Part shown: one piece after another, positions 1 through 13,244 of the stretch
Position numbering within the stretch: position 1 is the first letter of the stretch
Layout of the letters: the number at the start of each line of letters is the position of its first letter
Source of the DNA: Vicugna vicugna
Taxonomy: Eukaryota
Assembly: GCA_013265495.1 (NCBI GenBank)
Contig: MU058718.1
Span: forward strand, 1,798,001-1,862,000
DNA: 64,000 bases
Direction: 5' to 3'
Program-made: the position numbers and the translations under genes
Notes under the pieces: model-generated
Databases searched by the model: none
What the model was told of the DNA's origin: nothing
What the model saw: only the letters and a program-made list of their open reading frames with translations

Positions 1-2982
1 CATTATTAAAATTCTAAAGCACCTGCAGTTTCAGATGCTTTAGAAAGTGGTTTTCATGATATATTAGGAGAAAATGTTGCTCCCAATAAGAAGGTAGAAA
101 AATTAGGGCTTTTCCTGCAAGTACCTAAATTACATGATATTTATTAACTTGGCATAGCTGTAGTCATCTCTAAGGTCTATTTCATTCGAGGGTTAATAAC
201 CTAAATACTTAATAATCCTTCATGAGGTACAGGGCATCATGGGAAAGTAGTGGAGTTCAAGCTAACAGAAGACACGCTTTCTTCATCAGTTTCTGCCTCT
301 AATAAAGCAGAACTACAGGAATAGAGATGCCTGGCTCTAAAAAAGTATTGGAGACTTATATCTCTTACTCTTTTTAACTACCTTATCTCCCACTAGCCCA
401 GCCTGGAAAGCAGCCGTGGGCTGCATTGGAATTCTGACTTTACTGTTTTCGAACTGTGACAGAGATTTTCTGAGAGCTCCATTCCAGATCAGGTCTGCTT
501 TAGACTATTTTTCAGTGACCTACTAAAACAGCACAAAGATATAAATGACTAATGAGTGTATTTGTGTGGAGGGCAGGACTTGGCACTACCTGACCAAGAC
601 ATTCAGGACTTTTCTTTCCCTTTGCATTGTACCATTAGTTTAAAAACTGATCTAATATTAGTTATTAACCCACCTTGTTTGTGTATGGCTCAGATGTAAT
701 AATGATGTTGTGCAAGTTAATTTATATAAATTTTCAGAGTGATTGATACGTTTTTCTCTCCTCCATCTGTCATCACTCTCCTTTTCTTCCTTCCTTTACT
801 ATTTTATCATTAAAAAATATTTTTTGTATTCTTCCCTCTTCCAAATTTTATTTCTTGGGTCTTTAATCTCCACATCACACCTTATAATTTCTGCTTTGCT
901 TAAATCTTTGATTTCTGAAACCCTAGGGCTGATCCTTTTCTGTGGAGAACTAGGGAAAGCTAGATGTACTGCACTGGTCATGGGACCCTCTGAGAATTAT
1001 GGTCACCTGGTAAGGAGAGTAGGGGCATAGAAAGGAGAGAGAGAGATGGGGAATGTGTTCACAGGAATCTTAAGGTGAAGAGATGGGGAGGTACACAGTT
1101 CTAGAATCCCTGATTGCTGGGAAATCTAAGACCTTTATCTTTTCATGAGCATGATGAAATTTAAACTGTACATGGTATCAAGAAAAACTTCACCACTGGT
1201 AAAGTGTATAGATACAGTCTCTTCTTTTTGCCACAGTTCATTCCTAAAAGCCCAGTTAAAAAGCAAAACAGGGAAAACATTTTTATATCCACTGTATATA
1301 ACCTATAATTCTTTTTTGAGTTTGCCTTGGAAAAGGGGAATTGTGCCTGCAAAAGATGTTGAATCACTGACAAAAGAATGGATTAATTGGATGAAGAGTA
1401 TAATACAGATACTTTTTGATATCGCTGGATTAGGGGAAAAGTGAAATTCAAAGTGGTAAAAAGTAGAAATTGCCTCTGCCAGAGAACTAAGAAAAAAAAG
1501 TAGAAATATTGATATGATGATATAAGAGTAATTCTGTTTTATGTACTACTTTCTAATTTTGCCAGATTTTTCTGTTATATAAAAGTAAATGATATACTCA
1601 TTAGTATTTGTTCTGTGTCTGGTTACATCAAACCGTATCTACGTAATCTTTATTATTACTGCACTTGTATATTCAAATAAATTCTGTTGACTGACTGTTG
1701 GGGGGGCATGGCTTGCCTTTCGAAATTACACTCTTAATGGTATTTCTGTACCCCAAGACCTCAGATATCTGGAGTCTTTGAGAAATATAAATTCCATCTG
1801 AATGAATGACTTTTCCAAATAGTTGAGAGTTAAGCTTTTATTTGCTAGAGTATAATTTTAACTATATGAATGGAAAACTCTCTAATAGTACTGATTCTCC
1901 CTGTGGCTATTTCTCAGTGACTCTTCATTCTGAACATCTATGCAGGATGGTCCTTGGGGCAAAGAACTGGATGAACTGCGCTAAAACATAAGATTCTAAA
2001 TCATGGGCCATGGAAGGTGCTGCTCAGTAGCTTTAGGCGACGCAAGCACAGTTGGAATTACTTCTGAGCCTTGATATACGTAGTTAAATGCAATCCCTTC
2101 TTGTGTTTTACTACCTACTACAAATGATCCACTTTTAGTTAGGATTTTATTGACTGAACATATTATTTTCTTCTCATTCTATAAAATTGCTTCTGGGTAG
2201 GCCCAGGGTATCCTGTTTCTGCCTGACCCACCCACCCAGATCTTCAGGAAAACATACATTTTAACAACTTGAATATGTATTAACATTAAGTGCCCCCAAG
2301 TTTGTTTATTCTTTGGAAAAATGAAATCTTTGCTGTAACTCCAAAGACATTGGCAGGAGAGTATACTTAAAAGAGATTGTTGAGGACCACTCCCCATGGG
2401 GAAGCACAGTGTGGCTGTGCAGGCCTTGCAGAGACGCCGCTCCTTCCACACTGGCTCTGTGCTGCTGAAATGGGCCCTTCTCCACGAATGGCACTAAGTG
2501 AGACAGGAATACGTGTCTGTCATGTTGATGAACAGATACTTGCCTTTGCTCTACATTTTCATTGTGTAGCTGACCACTCTTAACTCTTGTTTAAAATTAG
2601 CACCACTACCAATGGGTCTGCTCTTTGCTTTACAATAGGAAAAAACTGGGACTTTATATTTTAGAATGTCTTTCTAGATATAGTTGCAGTTTGTTCTTTA
2701 ACCTGCTTACTCCTTATCCTCTTACATTATTTTGTGTAAACTACATGATACACTTCTTTGGTTTGGGAGAAGGGTGTAACTACCTCATATATAGTGAATG
2801 ACCCTAATTCTAGGATACTGTATTGAATTGTTTAGAATTCTGATTGCCTGCCAAGATTCTGTCTTTTATAGATGGACCTAGAACCCATCAAAGTGTATCG
2901 TAGGTCACAACATAAAGGGTGGACCTCAGGTTATCAGTTTTGTCCCTGCCACCTCCATTTCAGTTCTTACTTGTGTTTCTAG

Positions 2983-3220
2983 AGAGGCAGCATTGTATAG
3001 TGTTTATGGAATGTCAGTAACCACTGGAGGTAAACTGGGTCCAAATCCGGCTCTTCCATATACTATTTGTGTCATTTTGGGCAGTTTAAACTATGTTTCT
3101 TCTTCTGTAAATGTGGATAATAGTATCTACCTTCTAGGACTGTTGTAATAAGTAAGATATTTAAAGATCTTGAAACATCCCATGATGAATAGTAAATTCT
3201 GGCATATCAGTTAGCTGTTT
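2983..3220 (+). mobile_element. MIR SINE
   Basis: gggtccaaatccggctctt...ttgggcag...tctgtaaatg...ataatagtatctacct MIR core. Confidence 0.75.
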
Positions 3221-4049
3221 TTATTTCTCCATTTTCCTGCCTCTTTTATCTTTTGAAATTTGTAAGTCATTTGACTTTCTTGGCTTTCAACTCTCCTGTT
3301 TCATTTCATAGTCTTTTTCCTGACAAAGCGGTTTCTTGGCTTGCTGTCTTGATAACTGACTCTGTTAGGTACAGCCCTTGAACCTGTATTAACTATTGCC
3401 TCCTCTTGTGAGAAATCGTAACTGATTTTTGCCTAGCCTTTTGGGCCCCAGAAGGAGCTGTGCTGTCTTGAGTCTTCCTGGCTTGGATGGCAGAGGAATG
3501 CACCAGTCATTATCTTACAAAGCTACTGCCAGTGGGAAGGAGGAATTCTTTTCCATAAAAGCCTTCTATATTCTTAAAGCAACTCCTTTTTGGGGGGGAT
3601 ACAGACCTTGTCACCAGAGGTACAGTGTGCTGACTCCACCCCAAAAAGCTCATTTAAAACATCTCTACCAGCTCCCAGGATTTTTGATATAATGGAGGAC
3701 TTTACAGCTTTCCAAATAACTGCTCAGTTTTCGTTTGAGGCAGAGCCAGTAAGTACTCTGGATTTTCTGCCATGTTGGCAAGAAAGAAGTGGCCTATAAA
3801 TCTTTTTACAGTGGAGACCCCAGCTTGAAAACTTTGAGGAATTCCTCTCAAGTGACCTGCAGTTGAGGCAGCAGTGCTAGTGATGGCAGCTAGTTTCTGG
3901 CACCTGGTACAAGATCTAGCTTCAAATATGAATCTGCTCTTAGGGATCTGAAGCAACCATTCTTTATCCAGCATTGACAGTAAAACCCAAGTGGGCTCAG
4001 AGGACAGATCTTTGTTGTCAAATTCCCTTAGTTTGGATCTTTGATTTCC

Positions 4050-4206
4050 TGTAACTGCATGACTTTGGGCAAGTTACAATCTCTGTGCGGCCAGCTTCTT
4101 CTTTGTAAATAGGGATAATAATAATAGGGTTATTACTGAAGATTCTGATGAAATACACATGTAGAGTGCCTAGCGCAGTACCTGGTTCAGTACATGTTAG
4201 CTATTG
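4050..4206 (+). mobile_element. MIR SINE fragment
   Basis: tgactttgggcaagttac...tttgtaaatagggataataata...gtgcctagcgcagtacctgg. Confidence 0.7.
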
Positions 4207-4659
4207 TATTTAAGTCTAGCTCGTATATTAGCTTTTAAACTAGAAGCCAGGCCTAACTTCTGGAAATGAAAAGCGTGTGGTTGACCTGTTTTATTTTTGA
4301 AAAAGAAGGATGAAAGGCTGTGGCTCTACCAAAAGTACTTAAGCCTAAATTTAATGACCATATTTGCACATAACACATACATACACTCATATTCCCCCTC
4401 CCTTCCTCTCCCCACTCTCTCTCTCTCTATATACATCTTTGCACTCATCTTAAACCCACTTCACAATGACGTATCACAATGCTGGAACCTTAGTTCCTCC
4501 TGTAGACTCTGAGGTTGAACAATATGAATACCTTTCCAGGTGAAGTGAGGACGGCAGAATACTCTTCAGCCTCTGACTCCCCTCTGCTGTATTCCCTTGC
4601 CTGTGGAATGACATCTTTTGTCTTAGACTAGCAGTTTACCTATTTCATTGAGCCTAACA

Positions 4660-4820
4660 GTCACTGGGAGAATTGAGAGAAATGCATCTTCTCAGATCTC
4701 ATCCTTGGAAATTAGATTCAAGAGATCTGAGCCTGGGGTCTGCCTTTTTAGTAGGTATCCCTGGTAATTCTGATTGCAAGGAGTAGGGTGGTGGTTATAG
4801 ACCTCACATTGATGACACTG
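4660..4820. mobile_element. MER5-like hAT-Charlie remnant
   Basis: tctgcctttttagtaggtatccctggtaattctgattgca resembles MER5. Confidence 0.5.
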
Positions 4821-4852
4821 TTAGTTCATTAATTCCTCTGCTCTAAATGGCT

Positions 4853-5230
4853 CAAAGCTGCCTCATCTTTTTTTTTATTTAAATATTTTATTTAACATTA
4901 TATTACCATCTCAACAAGTAATCAATATAAACGTTATTCATGAGATATATTTCATTCTTTTCTTTCTATCAAGTTTTTTTTTTTAATTGAAGTATAGTCA
5001 GTTTACAATGTTGTGTCAATTTCTGGTGTACAGCACAATGCTTCAGTCATACAGGAACATACATACATTCATTTTCATACTCTTTTTCACCATAAGCTAC
5101 TACAAGATATTGAATATAGTCCCCTGTGCTATACAGTATAAACTTGTTCGTCTATTGTATATATACCAGTCAGTATCTACAAACCTCGAACTCCCAATTT
5201 ATCCCTTTCCACCCAAAGCTGCCACATCTT
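4853..5230 (-). mobile_element. 5'-truncated young L1 3' end plus transduced tail, within a 17-bp TSD
   Basis: ttttaattgaagtatagtcagtttacaatgttgtg L1 terminus; flanks CAAAGCTGCC(T/A)CATCTT at 4853-4869 and 5214-5230. Confidence 0.85.
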
Positions 5231-5329
5231 GAGTTGTCTTCACATACACTCAGAAAACTACCAGTCCAGCCAATCCAAAGTTGCATTTGAAAGAGTTCTA
5301 GAAGAACTAGCTTTAAATCCACATTTGTA

Positions 5330-6363
5330 TCTTATTTTATCTGTTTTCCTTTTACCTAATTATTTCTGCTCTGTCCTTCCAGTTTGAAATTTGTATATCC
5401 TTAATGATTTTTCTGTCTACTCATTCTATCAGTTATTGAAATGGAAGATGAAGTCCCCAATTATGATTGTGGATTTATTTATTTATTTTTAATTCTATTG
5501 GTTTTTGTTTCATTTCTTTTGTGGGTTCTCTTAAAACTTTTTTTTAATAGAGGTATAATTGATTTACAATATTGCTAATTTCAGGTGTACAACATAGTGA
5601 TTCAACATTTCTGTAGATAATACTCCATTTAAAGATACTGTAAAATAATGCCTATATTCCCTGAGCTTGTGCCTTATTTATTTTATACATAGTAGTTTGT
5701 ACCTCTTAATCATCTATCCCTGTCTTGCCCCTCCTCCCGTCCCTCTCCCCACTGACAATCACTGGTTTGCTGTCTATATCTGGGAGTCTGTTTCTGTTTT
5801 GTTTTATTCATTTGTTTGTTTTATTTTTTTAGATTGCACATATAAGCAATAACAGTATTTATCTTTCTCTATCTGATTTATTTCAATAAGCATGATACTC
5901 TCCAGGTCTCCACATCTTCTTTCCCATTCATCTGTTGATGGACACTTAGGTTGCTTCCATATCTTGGCAATTATAAATATCAGTATTTTTCTTTCTCTTT
6001 CTGGCTTCCCTCACTTAGTATTACAATCCCCAGGTCCAACCATGTTGCTGCAGATAGCATTGTTTTATTGTTTTTTTATGGTTGAGTAGTAGTCCATTGT
6101 ATAAATATACTACATCTTTATTCAGTCATCTGTCGAAGGACATTTAGGTTGCTTTCATGTCTTGGCTATTGTAAATAGTGCTGTTATGAACATTGGGGTG
6201 CGTGTATCTTTTTGAATTAAAGTTTCCTCTAGATATATGCCCAGGAGTGGGATTGCTGGATCATAGGGTAAGTCTATTTTTATTTTTTTAAGGAATCTCC
6301 ATACTGTTTTCCATAATTCTGCACCAAACTACATTCCCAGCAGTGTAGCAGGGTTCCCTTTTC
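5330..6363 (-). mobile_element. Cluster of antisense L1 fragments of different ages
   Basis: Typical L1 3' motifs: gatggacacttaggttgcttccatatcttggc; gggattgctggatcatagggtaagtctatt. Confidence 0.85.
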
Positions 6364-6939
6364 TAGTGGAGGAAGATATTAAGGAAGTGTAATGCATGCT
6401 ATCAATGCAGTATGAGTAAGAGGTAGGGTCGTCCAGGTTATCTCTTAATGTTTTTAACTTGGGTGGATTATGGAAGAAGAACAGGTTTCCCACCCAAGTC
6501 CACTTTGGGGTGACAGAAGGAAGCCAGATAATAGGATGACATTGCGTTTAAGGTGCCTATTTCACACCTAGGTAGAAACATCAACTAAGCATTTGGGTAT
6601 ATAGGTCTGGAGCTCAAGAAAACAGTGCTGCAATTAAAGATGCGAATTAAATGCAATTAAAGATTAGAGATCCTCAGAATTTAAACCAATGGTATCTAAA
6701 ATGGAGTATGCAAGCATATTATTGGGTGTGTTACAAAGAAAATGTTTGAATTTGTATTTACTTTGTGTTTCATCCTCTCAAATTTTCTATTTTTGTATGT
6801 TTTGTAATGTGTAAAACATTTTAGAACAGTGATACATATGCATGATTTATAAATAGGTATCTATGTATGAGAATATGCTTAAAATATTTTTGGAGATACT
6901 AATTTAAACTGATTGGAACTAATGGTGATTTTGAGCATT

Positions 6940-7100
6940 TTGCTTTGCAATCATAACCTGGAGAACTTTTTAAAAAATACAGACTTTTGGACCCTATCTC
7001 CAGAGACTGATTTATTAAGTGTGTAGCAAGGAATCTGAAAAATCCATCTTTTAATTTATTCCACAAATGATTCTGATAATTGGCCAGGTTTGAGAATCAA
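6940..7100. mobile_element. MER5A-like DNA transposon
   Basis: aaaaatacagacttttggaccctatctccagagactga...tgattctgat...ccaggtttgagaatca. Confidence 0.65.
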
Positions 7101-7625
7101 AGGTTAAAACCATGGAAAATACATAGGATATAGGAGAAGATAGGGAGAAGGTAGATAGGTTTGAATGACATTTTGCTGATTCTAAAAGCTCCAACTATGT
7201 TAATTCATATTCTTTTGATTCTTGTAGTATGATAGAATGGCCATAATCAATATTGAATTAATTATCTCCACTAAGCTAAAACTAACATTAAATATTTTAA
7301 AGTCTGTATAAATGTTATATAGTCCATTTTTGGCTAGGATTCTCTCACATATCTGTACAGATTGTATCAAACATTTTTTGACTAGCCAAGTACCTGGAGA
7401 GAACTTTTTCCCTAAGCATGTAAAATCTGCATTGCTTTATTGATCAAAATATTAACCTTGGAAAGATGAGGACAAAAGGGCCTGTAATGTAAAGCCTGTT
7501 CTTCACTTTGAAATGGAAAGATTGCTAACATCTAAAAACTGCCTTCTGTAAATTAAAATTTGAGAAAAGGGTGGTAGTCTCATGTGAATTCCTGAAAGGG
7601 TCATGTAATAAAAACTTTTGAACAC

Positions 7626-8023
7626 TATTATAGACTGAATTGTGTCCCCCCACAAACTCATATGTTAAAGCCCACCACCACAGAATATGACAGTGGTTGG
7701 AGATGGGACCTTCAAAGAGATGCTTAAGTTAAATGAAGCCATTAGAATGAGTACTAATCCAGTCTGACTAGTGTCCTCATAAGATGAAATTTGGGCATAC
7801 AAAGAAACACCAGGGATGCACGTGAACAGAGAAAAGACCACTTGAGGCCACAGTAAGAAGGTGGCTATCTGCAAGCCGAGAAGAGAGGCCTCAGAAGAAA
7901 CCAAACCTGCCAGCACCTAGATCTTGGGCATCTAGCCTCAGAACTGTGAGAAAATAAAAGTTCTCTTGGTTTAACAACCCAAAATGTGCTATTATGTTAT
8001 GGTAGCCCTAGCTGACTAATCTA
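7626..8023 (+). mobile_element. MaLR solo LTR (MLT1A/B-like)
   Basis: actgaattgtgtcccccca...aaggtggctatctgcaagccgagaagagaggcctcagaagaaaccaaacctgcc...agccctagctgactaat. Confidence 0.9.
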
Positions 8024-8559
8024 AGGATAGTAAACCATTTATTCAACTTTACATTTAAATTAATGAAGAAATAAGAAATATATTCAGTTTTTTAAAAACT
8101 TACAGCTTTGTTTCTTGATTCAAAATAAGTAAAACAGAATTTAGGGTATAATTTTATTGTCCAGAGTTTCTCACCCCTGTGAAATCGGTTTAAATTTGGC
8201 GAGTCATAAATATTATTGACACTAGCTCTTGTCTAAACATAATTTAGCATTCTTAGTGTAATTGTTACTTTCAGATGTGATCCCAGATATGTTTTGAGGT
8301 ATAGGTATTTCTTTCATAATACAGAATTTTGTATGATTGCTAACAACCAACCAGATTTTGCAGTTACTACATTTGTAGCGAAGCTAAATTCTGATTAGAG
8401 TAATGGCTGTTTAGTTACTTTTGTCCTACATTGTTCCTCCAGATTGTAGTTCTGTCCAGTGAATAAGCAAGTGTTCACATATTAGAATGGAAAGTAGCAT
8501 TTTGTTGTATAGGAACTAGTTTACTACCTTTCATTCCATTTACCAATTAAACATTGTTT

Positions 8560-9230
8560 TTGTATATAATGTTTTTATCACCTGCGTTCTGAGAAATCTT
8601 AGTTTATTATTTTTAATATTGATTTTTATCATGAAGTATCTCAAGTATATATAGAAGTCTAGATAACGTAACCAATAATCAGTACTCCTATCACTTAGCT
8701 TATTAAACATTACAGATATAATCAAAGTCTCTTCTGCAACTTCTCCCATTCCCTTTTCTTCAAGTCCAGAAGTAACTGCTCTCCTAAATTTACTGTTTAT
8801 TCCCATGCATTTTTTAGATTATTATTGCCATTGGCTTTTTTTTTTTTTTGCTTGTTTTAACTTTATATAAATAGTGCCATTTTATTTGTATCCTTCTGTA
8901 ATTTGTTTCTGATTCAGGTTAGATTTTTGAGATTTGTCCAGGCTGACACATCTAACTTTAGCTATTTATTTTCTCTATGTATAATAGTATTCAATTGTGT
9001 GAATATACCACAGTTTGTTTTCTTCTTTGGATACTTAGGTTTTTTGTAATTTTTTGCTATTATAAACAGTAGTGTAATAAAATTTTTTCTATACATCTCC
9101 TTGTGCTAGTGTGCCAGAATTTCTCTAGGGTATATACCCAGGAATGCACCTGTTTTTCTGATTACAAATGAATCTGAGCATATTTCATGTTACAGGTTTA
9201 TTGACTATTTGGTTTTCCTGTTCTGTGAAA
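8560..9230 (-). mobile_element. Old L1M (L1ME/MC-like) 3' fragment
   Basis: tattcaattgtgtgaatataccacagtttg...tttctctagggtatatacccagga. Confidence 0.7.
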
Positions 9231-9236
9231 ATCTTG

Positions 9237-9770
9237 TTGTATCAGTTAGAGTCCAGTCAGGAGATGGAAACACAGTAACTGCAACAGAGGAAATACAAAG
9301 AATTACTAACAGAGGAATGAAGTCACGGGACACAGAGAACTCTGAAAAACATAGAAATGGCAAATGCAGGAAACAGCCACCGCCCCTAGGACCGAGACAG
9401 AGCGCCCAAGGAAGGGGCCATTTCTTCTCATTCCTAAGATTCTGACCTTGGAGAGAATGACCTTGGTCACTGAGGTGCTACCCCACAGGGACTGCTGGAA
9501 ATCTGCCCTCTGGAGTGCTAGGAGAAACCTTCCACAGGAAGGTGCCTAGCTTCAGAACTCACTACAGGCTGCCTGAGGGGATGTGCCTGGCAGGTGAGAT
9601 TCCACTGTGAAACTGCCTGGAGGGTAGTGATGCTGGGCAAAGCTGCCCATGGGAAGGTGCCACTGCTTAGTACCTGGGCATTGCTGAAAAAATGAAATGT
9701 GTACCCTGCAAGAATCCAATAAGGTAAACACACTGGAACTAGGGAGAGAAACCCCTTCCTCTTCCATTAT
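9237..9770 (-). mobile_element. ERVL-type solo LTR remnant (family uncertain)
   Basis: Terminus tgtatcagttagagtccagtcaggagatggaaacac; GC-richer block. Confidence 0.55.
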
Positions 9771-10829
9771 AAAGGATGGTTTGGTAGAATTGATTCGTCA
9801 ATACGTTAGCTACGTAATGGTTTAGGTGGGTCTCCGTGGGGCTGATCTGGGACCCTAGCCACCATTTATAGCATTGATTCTATGAGAAGTATAGTCAGAG
9901 TATATAGTACTAGGTAGTAAGTTTACAACAAACCGTAAGAATGAATGACAAATATTTTTTCTTAATCTTCTACCTCTTACTTTTCCATCCTCCTTGTCTC
10001 ATATCTACTTCCCCTTTTTTGTGTGTCTTCTGCTTTTCTTAAATCGAATCCTTGCTTATTTCATCTTCCTCTGAATGCCAATACTCCGCCATTCCTATTT
10101 CCCCTTACTCTGTGACTTCCTTCCTCCTTAAGTCTTGTTTGCTCAGATTTGGTCGGTAAGTTTCTCGAGCAATGAATTTTAGGCATGCTTTGGACCCGAA
10201 GTAGGTAAAGCTGTAAAGGCATAGCTAAGCTGGAGGGAAAGGGTCAAGACTTTCTCTCTTTAAATATCATGCTTTGCAAAGTACTATATGGGTTGAAATA
10301 GTCCTTGAAAACAGTCCTTTAGAAGTCTTATCATTGTTCCTTCTGCCTCCTAGTGTAAATATAGCTTTTTAATACATAAAAATCTTTTTTACCAAATTTC
10401 CCCACCCACATAAAAGAGATCTACTCAGAGTTTTGCTTAAATGAAGGAAGTGTTCATAATGGACAGTAGACCTTGCAACTGTTTTCTAGTCAAGAACCAC
10501 CCATTTTGCTTTTGATTCCAGTCAAGTCATGCTTTTTATTGTGATTTGCCTATGAGTTATAATTAGGATTAATGACCTAGTTATTTTCTGACAGGTATTT
10601 GTAATGGTAAGTACTAGTCTTTATATTAAGTTTAAATTAACTCTCAATGAGTGTTGTTATAAGTGAAAAGATAATACTTTGTTAGTCTATTTCCAACATA
10701 CTAATTTAATCCATCAGTCCTGTAAAAAGTTTGTCTCTAGTCCCTGTCTGTGTAGTCTATTATGTTATATACCCGGATATTTCCATTCTGTAACAAAGTA
10801 AGGGGACATTTTAAATATATATCTGTGCA

Positions 10830-11262
10830 AGTCCCTATTAGCATAAGATTCTGCTGCATATGATTTTAAAAAGCTAAAATAACAGTGCCTTTAAATACAA
10901 AAGGGTCTGTTTCTCTCCACATAAAAGAAGTGTGGATATCCTGAGTTCAAACATATGTGGCAACTCCACTGTAATCAGGGCAGAGGCTGCTTCTGTTATG
11001 CAGGTTTCCATTCTTTGTAAGTGACTTGATCTAAGGGAGCTTCTGGAGCTCAAGACATGGGTGGCAGAAAAGAAAGAGGGCAAGGTCAAAGAGCTGTACC
11101 ACCAGTAATTTCTGCTGTATCCTGTTAATCCAGATTCAATCACATGACCAAACTTAGCTGCCCAAGGTGATTAGAAATAGTTATTTTTATTAAGCATATC
11201 ACTGCCCTAAATAAATTGGAATAGGGGGAGAACAGGTATAGGATGGGCACAGCAGTGTCTTC
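10830..11262 (-). mobile_element. Old MaLR LTR (MLT1J/K-like)
   Basis: aaataacagtgcctttaaat...tcacatgaccaaacttagctg. Confidence 0.6.
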
Positions 11263-11291
11263 CAATATATGTGATCTTTATTTTTGCTGAA

Positions 11292-11710
11292 TGTATTAGG
11301 ATTCTCCTGAGAATAAGAGAGATTATTAGGAATTGGCTCATGCAGTATGGAGGCTGGCAAGTCCAAAATCTGCAGAGGACATATCCAAGTTCAAGTCTGA
11401 AGGCCAGCAGAGGCCACTGTTAGAACTAGGAAGAGCCAGTGTCTCTGTTCAAAGGCTACAGGGCACGAAGAGCTTAATGTTCCAGTCTGAAGGCTGTCAG
11501 ACGGAAAGGAGGGTCAGCCTTTTGTTCTGTTCAGGCCTACAACTGATGGATGAGGCCCACCTAGAATATGGAGGGCAATCTGCTTTACTCTGTCTATGGA
11601 TTTAAATGTTAATCTCATGCAAAAACACCCTCCCAGAAACACCCAGAATGTTTGACTAAGTGTCTGGGTACCCTGTGGCCCAGTCAAGTTGATACATAAG
11701 ATAAACCGTA
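11292..11710 (-). mobile_element. MLT2 (ERVL) solo LTR with 5-bp TSD CTGAA
   Basis: tgtattaggattctcc...gcccagtcaagttgatacataagataaacc; CTGAA at 11287-11291 and 11711-11715. Confidence 0.88.
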
Positions 11711-12217
11711 CTGAATATAAAACACACTTGTTACATAGGAATGGAAAGTTCCTTGTATTCCTACCTCCTAGAGATATCTTTTAATAATAGCTTCATGTGT
11801 TTTTTTCTGCTTATTTTCAACACATATACCATGTATATTTTTATAAGACATACTATTTATACGTATATATATACATATGGTGTTATGATGTCATTTTTAT
11901 TCTAGACATTATTCTGTGTCTTCTGAACATTATTTTACTATGGATGTATTATTCATTTATTCATATTTTAATTTATTTAATAAATATGTTAACACCTACT
12001 ATGTGCCAAGCATCATGTATGTATCCAGTCATTTATTGGTAGAAATGTAGGTCATTTTGTTTGTTTCTTTTTATTCCTTTTTCTGTTGTAAAATGCCTAG
12101 TTAAACATCTTTGTACTGTATCTTTAGAAATTTTTGGAAGAGTTTCTATAAAGTATATTTCTGGTATTACTCTAAATAGATAGAAGTGTTTTTAGGTTTT
12201 AAAAGGTACTGCTAGGC

Positions 12218-12360
12218 CAGAGTTTCTCAGCCTCACCACTGTTGACAGTTTGGGCCAGATAACTCATTGTTTCTGGGCGGGTTGGGGTGGGGTGGTGGGG
12301 GGCTGTTTTGTGCACTGTAGGATATTTAGCAACGTCTCTGGCCTAGATGCCATCAGCACC
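12218..12360 (+). mobile_element. MER20 hAT-Charlie fragment
   Basis: tttctcagcctcaccactgttgacagtttgggccagataa...tgtgcactgtaggatatttagca. Confidence 0.8.
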
Positions 12361-13244
12361 ATAGGCCCAAACCCTGATAAATAAGGGGTGACTTTGAGGA
12401 TAATTTAGGAGATACAATAAATAGTACTTAGTGTGTGTCTAGGTATAGTTGTAAGATGCATGTAAGGAGGCAACATCTTGGATGACTCCCAGATTTCTGT
12501 CTGGAGTGAACAGCTGAATACTGTCAGCACAACATCCACCAAGATAGGGAACACAGGTGGAGTAACAGGTCTTGTGTTTTGTTTCTTCCAGGAACCCAAT
12601 GTGTTCCATGATTATTTGTGATTCTGGTAACTGTTGATCTGCCTACTAGGGGATGATTGGTTGGCAGTTAAATATTTGGGTCTGGAGTTCAAGACAGAGG
12701 CCTGAACCAGAAAGATATAGTATTTGACAGCATACTGCTGGAATTTAAAGCTTAGGTAAAGCTTGCAAACCATTTATCCAAAGAATACATGCTTAGTTTT
12801 ATTAGGTACAAGAATGGAAATGATTTGGGAGTCTGGATTTGTGCTGTAAACTTGTTTTACTCTCTTTTAACTCTGCTTTTTACTTGCGTTGTTTTTATGA
12901 GCAAGGCATGGTTGGCTCTGGTTTGTAAGTCTCATAATAGACTGGCAATATGAAGTAGCCCAACTTATTTATTCTAAAATTATCAACACAACTAAATAGC
13001 CTGCATTTCTTGGGGAGAAAGCTAAAAAGGGACTTTTCCTATTTGAAATATAGGTTGCATTGTATTAGTAGAAAGAGTTTGAACTTTGGAGTTAAATTTT
13101 GGTTGGAATCTTGGTTTTCATAATATTTAGCTGTGTTCTTCTGGGAAAATTACTTAGGTTCATTAAAACTCGGCTTACTCATTTGTAAAACTGAGGAAAT
13201 TGTAGCTACCTTGGAAGATTACTATTAAGATTAATGAAATGAGC

